From NCBI GenBank assembly GCA_041641305.1, contig JBEPYN010000001.1:160001-224000 (forward strand): a DNA stretch of 64,000 nt, given 5' to 3'. Every line of letters begins with the position of its first letter. Positions within the stretch are counted from its first letter, which is position 1. Source of the DNA: Nitrososphaerota archaeon (GTDB taxonomy: Archaea; Thermoproteota; Nitrososphaeria_A; Caldarchaeales; Caldarchaeaceae). Positions 59,552 through 64,000 of the stretch are shown here, one piece after another. Under the pieces are notes generated by a model. The model saw only the letters and a list, made by a program, of their open reading frames with translations. It was not told the origin of the DNA and did no database searches. The position numbers and the translations under genes are program-made.

Positions 59552-59629
59552 CTCAGGTATAACGACGGTAGTGTGTTTGCCGCGAACGCTTATATTAGCC
59601 GGCCCAGTCAGATGACTAGGTGGGTAATC

Positions 59630-60115
59630 ATGTCGAGCTATGCGGAGAGGCTTAAGAAAGCGCAGTCGTTCGAAGATGTCTACAGGCTGGTTAAGCAGCT
59701 TGTGGTGGAGCGGTATGGGTTGAGAAGAGGAGGAATGGGGCTGATTCTAGCAGACCTCCCGCCTCACATAGCGGCTTATCATGAGATAGGCTCAAACGCC
59801 ATCGTCGTCAACCAAACCATGCTAAACGCCGTCTACACCGCGACCAAATCACGGACCATAGTCAACAGCTACTTGTTCGTCGTTCTCCTACACGAATATC
59901 TTCATGCTCTGGGCTTTGACGAGAAACAGACAAGGGAGCTTGTGAGAGATGCTGTGTCTTCCGTCCTGCCCTTCGACCACATAGCAACGAAAATAGCCTT
60001 AACATCGATATACGACGCTCTCCCCGAACTAAGAAATATAGTTGTTCAGCCAAACTCATCCAAACCGGTTTTGGTGAAGGATTTTGACACCGACAACCTA
60101 ACGTATATAGGGTGA
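59630..60115 (+). CDS. Small zincin-like (HExxH) protein
   Basis: AYH, IVVN, VLLHEYLHALG. Confidence 0.78.
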   Translation: MSSYAERLKKAQSFEDVYRLVKQLVVERYGLRRGGMGLILADLPPHIAAYHEIGSNAIVVNQTMLNAVYTATKSRTIVNSYLFVVLLHEYLHALGFDEKQTRELVRDAVSSVLPFDHIATKIALTSIYDALPELRNIVVQPNSSKPVLVKDFDTDNLTYIG

Positions 60116-60153
60116 TAAAAATATAAACATCTTTCCTATAACCGATCGGGCGC

Positions 60154-61353
60154 ATGCGGAGTAATTGGGAGATTTTGCAGAAGCTTTCGAAGATAGAGAG
60201 ACAATATATACATAGTCTTATGAAATCTTCGGACCCGGCATCTATCCAATACTATACCGGATGGCATCATGCGTTGGAGTGGGTGAGTAAAAGAGGCGAT
60301 CAGGTAATCGTGGACGGCGTCGTCGGCACAGGTCGATGCAGCGGCTGTGCTGCATGTGTAGCGGTCTGTCCCACCAACGTTTTCGACTATGTTGAAGATC
60401 ATCCCGTCAACACGCGTCTCAACCACTGCATAGAATGCGACCTTTGCGTAGAAGCATGTCCGGAACTCCACCTATCTGATGAGGAAGTTAGTCTCAAGAG
60501 CCTTGACAGCTACGCGGAACATGACAATGGATTTGGACGGTATGGTGAAGCATATCTGAGCAGAAGCACTGACAACGAGATACTGAAGAGGTCCCAGGAT
60601 GGTGGGACAGTTTCAGCACTTCTCATATATGCATTGAAGGAAAACATAATCGATGCGGCCGCCCTATCCACTACCGCACCTGAGCAACCGTTGAAACCCA
60701 TACCCAAACTCGTCTTCGAGCCAGAGGATGTTTTAACCTGCGCTGGCTCAAGATACACCTATGCACCGAATCTGCTGGCGTTGAAGGAGGCTTTTGAAAA
60801 AGGTGTGGAAAGGCTTGGTGTTGTGGGTGTGCCTTGTCAAATAAACGGCCTCAGATATCTGCAGCATTCAGTTCCCGACATCAAATATGCGGAATGGTTC
60901 AAACAACACATCGTCTTCAACATTGGATTGTTCTGCTCCGAGGTCTTCACATATAGCGGGTTGATGAAATACTTCACCGAAATCGGAGTAAACCCCAGCG
61001 AGGTAGCCAAAATAAACATCAAAGGGAAAGTAATCATTTCTCTCAAAAACGGAGAAGAGATTGTCAAACCCCTTAAACCTCTTCACAAGTATGAGAGGCC
61101 CGCGTGCAGGTTCTGCAAAGATTACGCAGCTGAAAATGCTGACATATCCGTTGGTGGACTGGCTACACAAGGCTGGACAATAACCGTGCTCAGAACACGT
61201 GTTGGAAAAAACCTTTTCGAGGACGCCGTTAACAGAGGTTATCTAGAGATAAACGAGCTTTCTCTCGAGAATAACTCAGTTAAGCTTCTGAAAAAACTAT
61301 GTCAACAGAAAAGGGAAAGAATTTCTCCGTTATTTTTCGCTGAAAACGTTTAA
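60154..61353 (+). CDS. FrhB/FpoF-family F420-binding subunit with N-terminal 2x[4Fe-4S]
   Basis: CSGCAACVAVCP, CIECDLCVEACP, QDGGTVSALL, GSRY, GVPCQ, IGLFC, CRFCKD, ADISVG. Confidence 0.9.
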   Translation: MRSNWEILQKLSKIERQYIHSLMKSSDPASIQYYTGWHHALEWVSKRGDQVIVDGVVGTGRCSGCAACVAVCPTNVFDYVEDHPVNTRLNHCIECDLCVEACPELHLSDEEVSLKSLDSYAEHDNGFGRYGEAYLSRSTDNEILKRSQDGGTVSALLIYALKENIIDAAALSTTAPEQPLKPIPKLVFEPEDVLTCAGSRYTYAPNLLALKEAFEKGVERLGVVGVPCQINGLRYLQHSVPDIKYAEWFKQHIVFNIGLFCSEVFTYSGLMKYFTEIGVNPSEVAKINIKGKVIISLKNGEEIVKPLKPLHKYERPACRFCKDYAAENADISVGGLATQGWTITVLRTRVGKNLFEDAVNRGYLEINELSLENNSVKLLKKLCQQKRERISPLFFAENV

Positions 61354-61377
61354 ATAACCATTTAAACACGAGTATTC

Positions 61378-61584
61378 ATGCCTAGAAAAAGTCTATCCCA
61401 GAGAATCGTAGAAGCACTTGAACTTGCTGAACAATTGAGAAAAGTTTCAGAGAAATTACCTCCCGATATCAGACAAACAATCATACAATATTCGCAGATT
61501 TCCCAGACCAGGAGGAGACGCCGCTCCAGAAAAAGGGGAAAAATCAGTGGAAGAAAACGAAAAACAGAACCCGCTTCGGCTTAG
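61378..61584 (+). CDS. Small protein with helical N-terminus and Arg/Lys-rich tail
   Basis: 68 aa; RRRRRSRKRGKISGRKRK; tttaaa elements upstream. Confidence 0.65.
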   Translation: MPRKSLSQRIVEALELAEQLRKVSEKLPPDIRQTIIQYSQISQTRRRRRSRKRGKISGRKRKTEPASA

Positions 61585-61839
61585 CTAACCTTTTTTCAGC
61601 TCCTCGTCCAACTCCTTCTCTATTTCTTCAAGCGGCTTAGGCGGCGGCGTGGTCGCCAGAGTGTATCCTATCCATGCTATTATTCCGAGCACTCCTCCAA
61701 CCGCCACGATACCCGTTAGTTTTAAAACAATTGTGTCAAGTCCGGGGATGGGTGGTAGAAAGAGAGCCCATGCATAGAGTATTATTCCTGCGATGCTTAC
61801 AACCATGAGAAGTGCTCCGATGGTCTGGTCTCTAGCCAT
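61585..61839 (-). CDS. 84-aa two-TM membrane protein, DPM2-like
   Basis: DQTIG..L...S.....LYAW...LP; WIGYTLATTPPPKP.EEIE. Confidence 0.75.
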   Translation of the reverse strand: MARDQTIGALLMVVSIAGIILYAWALFLPPIPGLDTIVLKLTGIVAVGGVLGIIAWIGYTLATTPPPKPLEEIEKELDEELKKG

Positions 61840-61901
61840 AGCGTTATGATAACTATGTAGGGATATAAATTTAACTTTACCTTTGCGAAGGTGAAAACGA
61901 A

Positions 61902-62372
61902 TTGAGCAAGGAGAAAGTCGTCAAGGTAAAAATCCGGCACGGGGAGAACGAGGTTGAGTTTACTGGAGATAAGGAAGAGGTGTGGACGCTGGTTAACCGA
62001 TATTTTTCCGAGCGTCTAGGCCCGGTTGAGGCTGTTGCAAAGCTCAGTGGACAAGTTGATTTGAACAATTTGCTCGACAAGCTTGCCGGAAAAGTAGTTG
62101 TAAACAACAGCGGCATAGACGTCGTCGCCAACGTCGACACAAAGAAAAAGATTGTTTACTGTCTTGCGGGAGCATATGTGGGCCATCGGCTGGGGATTCT
62201 GGACTCGGATGGTCTCAACCCTAAACGGGTGGCGCAGATACTGCACATCGATGAGAAAGTGGCCCGCGCTCGTCTCAGCGACCTCTGGAAAGAAGGTGTT
62301 GTTGACCGCGACGAAGAAGGGCGTTACTTTTTTAAGCCTTCAATAGGGTTGAGAATCTTTGAAGGTGAGTGA
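61902..62372 (+). CDS. Beta-hairpin N-domain + winged-helix protein (paralog 1)
   Basis: VKVKIRHGENEVEFTGD; KVARARLSDLWKEGVVDR..EGRY. Confidence 0.75.
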   Translation: MSKEKVVKVKIRHGENEVEFTGDKEEVWTLVNRYFSERLGPVEAVAKLSGQVDLNNLLDKLAGKVVVNNSGIDVVANVDTKKKIVYCLAGAYVGHRLGILDSDGLNPKRVAQILHIDEKVARARLSDLWKEGVVDRDEEGRYFFKPSIGLRIFEGE

Positions 62373-62375
62373 CGG

Positions 62376-62852
62376 TTGTTGAAGGTTTCTATCAATTACG
62401 GTGATTTGCGTGCCGAATTCGAAGGTGATCCGGCGGAAGTTTACCAAAGCGTTGTAAGGTTTTTGGAGAAAAACATTCCAGCCTATTCGCTGGCCTCGAG
62501 GCTCCGCAGCTCCACCGGCCTTGAGGAGATTCTTGATAAAATTAAGGACTGGGTGAGCTATGACTCCTCGCACGGAATTTATCTAAGGACTGATTTGTCC
62601 AAGCTTCCTACCGCTGAAGCGCTTCTACTCTTTGCTTCAACACGTTACCTCAACAAATTGCTTGGTCACTCTGAAAGCTGGGAATTTCTCGCTTCAGAGG
62701 CTGCTTCAGCTCTCGGCAAACCTGAGAAAACGGTTTCGGGCCGCCTTTCAGAGCTCGTGCAGAAAAGTTTGTTGAAACGGGTTGGACGCGGCGGCTACAC
62801 CATCACACCCTACGGACTCGACTATATTGTGGAGTTCTCATCAAAACGCTGA
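62376..62852 (+). CDS. Beta-hairpin N-domain + winged-helix protein (paralog 2)
   Basis: LKVSINYGDLRAEFEGD; KTVSGRLSELVQKSLLKRVGRGGYTIT. Confidence 0.75.
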   Translation: MLKVSINYGDLRAEFEGDPAEVYQSVVRFLEKNIPAYSLASRLRSSTGLEEILDKIKDWVSYDSSHGIYLRTDLSKLPTAEALLLFASTRYLNKLLGHSESWEFLASEAASALGKPEKTVSGRLSELVQKSLLKRVGRGGYTITPYGLDYIVEFSSKR

Positions 62853-63232
62853 GCTACAGATGTTTTTTTCGACAAGTAAATATAGCGTCGAGGTTCACCA
62901 ACTCTCTCCAGCTTTCCTTCTCTTACGAGGTCGAGCAACACATGTGCCACAGCTGTTGTGTCGTATAGGAAGCCGCGTCTCTCGAGCTCGGAGACAACTT
63001 CCGCGAGTGTCCTGCCTGTTTGAAGCCATCCATCGGCTAACAATTCTTCCACAGCTCTCTTGCATGTGATGGGCTTACGTGTTTGTGTCTGTGGTTGCGG
63101 GGTAGTGGCCGGCTCGGTTGAGCGGATGGCGGCGATTGTGTTTTTGACTGCTTCTTCTATTTTGTCGACTGGAGCCTCTATCTCGACTGTTATGTTGCCG
63201 ATGTTGATTTTGATTTTGGCTGTTGTTGTCAC
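62822..63232 (-). CDS. Beta-hairpin N-domain + winged-helix protein (paralog 3)
   Basis: AKIKINIGNITVEIEAP; RTLAEVVSEL...VAHVLLDLVREGKLERVG..RRYIY. Confidence 0.75.
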   Translation of the reverse strand: MTTTAKIKINIGNITVEIEAPVDKIEEAVKNTIAAIRSTEPATTPQPQTQTRKPITCKRAVEELLADGWLQTGRTLAEVVSELERRGFLYDTTAVAHVLLDLVREGKLERVGEPRRYIYLSKKTSVAQRFDENSTI

Positions 63233-63294
63233 CTGTTTTCCTGTTGTTGTTCATGTTGCGCAATATTTAAATACTTCAACAACTCCAATTTTGC

Positions 63295-64000
63295 ATGGAA
63301 TTGTTGAACATCATGAGCAACCTGAACATTCAACAACATAACCTCCACACCCTCCTCAAAACATTCACCCAAACAACCCAAACGAGCCTAAACACGTTGA
63401 AAAACAGTGCCGTCGCCATAGACACGGAGTCATCGGACAACCAAGACGACGCTCCTCTGCTAGACCTAGACGGATGTGACGCGCTGCCTCTTGAGCCGTC
63501 GGGGTCAAGGGTCCCTGTTGTCGCCTGCGACATGTCCACCGTGAAGATCGCTGACTCGGTTGAGGGGGGACTCTGGGCTGTCCGCGGAAGTATTGTGAGG
63601 AAAAATGTTTCTGGGTTGGAGGTGGTGATGGTCGGCCCTTTTGTCTACACCGTGTCTCCACGTAACGTGGAGATGATACTCTCATCGCTTTTAGATGTCT
63701 TGGGCGTGGACGGTAAACCTCCATCATACAATCAGACCACCGCCCCCAAACTTGTAGGAAACCTTTTCGAAAAAGTTCTCCAGCTACATGCTTCACAGAT
63801 TATGGAAGGTGGAATTCTTCTGCTCGACGGTGCGCTTACAGCAGGTCCCGCCGACAGCCCGGTTGAGGTTGTCGCCCGCATAGTTGAGTCCTCGCATCGC
63901 CACGGCCTCGGTGTAGCTGCTTTCTCAAAGTCAACCACTTTGACTCTTCAGGGTCGCAACATTCTCTCGGTCGAAGGCTCCATGACACCGCCCTATGTAG
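63295..64000 (+). CDS. NurA-family nuclease, 3'-truncated by the window edge (not in ORF track)
   Basis: Open frame from ATG 63295 to the window end: VVACDMST, NLFEK, ILLLDGAL, GVAAFSKST, matching NurA D-x-S, E, DG and SK motifs. Confidence 0.72.
   Translation, partial: MELLNIMSNLNIQQHNLHTLLKTFTQTTQTSLNTLKNSAVAIDTESSDNQDDAPLLDLDGCDALPLEPSGSRVPVVACDMSTVKIADSVEGGLWAVRGSIVRKNVSGLEVVMVGPFVYTVSPRNVEMILSSLLDVLGVDGKPPSYNQTTAPKLVGNLFEKVLQLHASQIMEGGILLLDGALTAGPADSPVEVVARIVESSHRHGLGVAAFSKSTTLTLQGRNILSVEGSMTPPYV

Noticed and set aside
59364-59552. N-terminal 63 aa of the 204-aa ferredoxin ORF
   Set aside because: Antisense to tRNA-Ile and the promoter region. The real start is near 59363.
63330-63938. 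Minus-strand ORFs at the window end
   Set aside because: They are antisense to the open NurA-like frame, which carries recognisable motifs.
1-64000. CRISPR arrays, transposases, integrases, proviral genes, rRNA genes
   Set aside because: None recognised. The tRNAs are flanked by housekeeping genes.

Overview
Gene-dense core-genome segment of a thermophilic TACK-type archaeon. Gene content and style suggest an Aigarchaeota/Caldarchaeales-like organism (inference only). It contains: tyw1; a cofE operon; a lipA-pdhB-lpdA-lipB cluster lacking E1-alpha and E2; tbp; the proteasome/exosome superoperon (psmA-sbds-rrp4-rrp41-rrp42-rpl37ae-pcc1-pfdB-DHH-ECF); EF-2; a cox accessory cluster without CoxL; asnS; an ATP-dependent DNA ligase; rpl44e-rps27e-aIF2alpha; homocitrate synthase; acs; AOR; a Zn-ferredoxin; an FrhB-like protein; and a partial NurA gene. 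RNA genes are RNase P RNA, tRNA-Ser(CGA) with intron, tRNA-Glu(TTC), tRNA-Ile(GAT) and a probable box C/D sRNA. No CRISPR array, integrase or transposase was seen. The most interesting signals are: (i) two microproteins missing from the ORF track, one extremely acidic (Sem1/DSS1- or prothymosin-like) and one Lys/Ala-rich (histone H1 tail-like), bracketing one operon; (ii) a CBS-pair protein fused to a RING-like Zn finger; (iii) an 84-aa membrane protein resembling eukaryotic DPM2; (iv) three paralogous beta-hairpin+wHTH genes next to NurA; (v) the C/D sRNA antisense to the 23S peptidyl-transferase region. All family calls come from motif recognition by eye, with no database searches.
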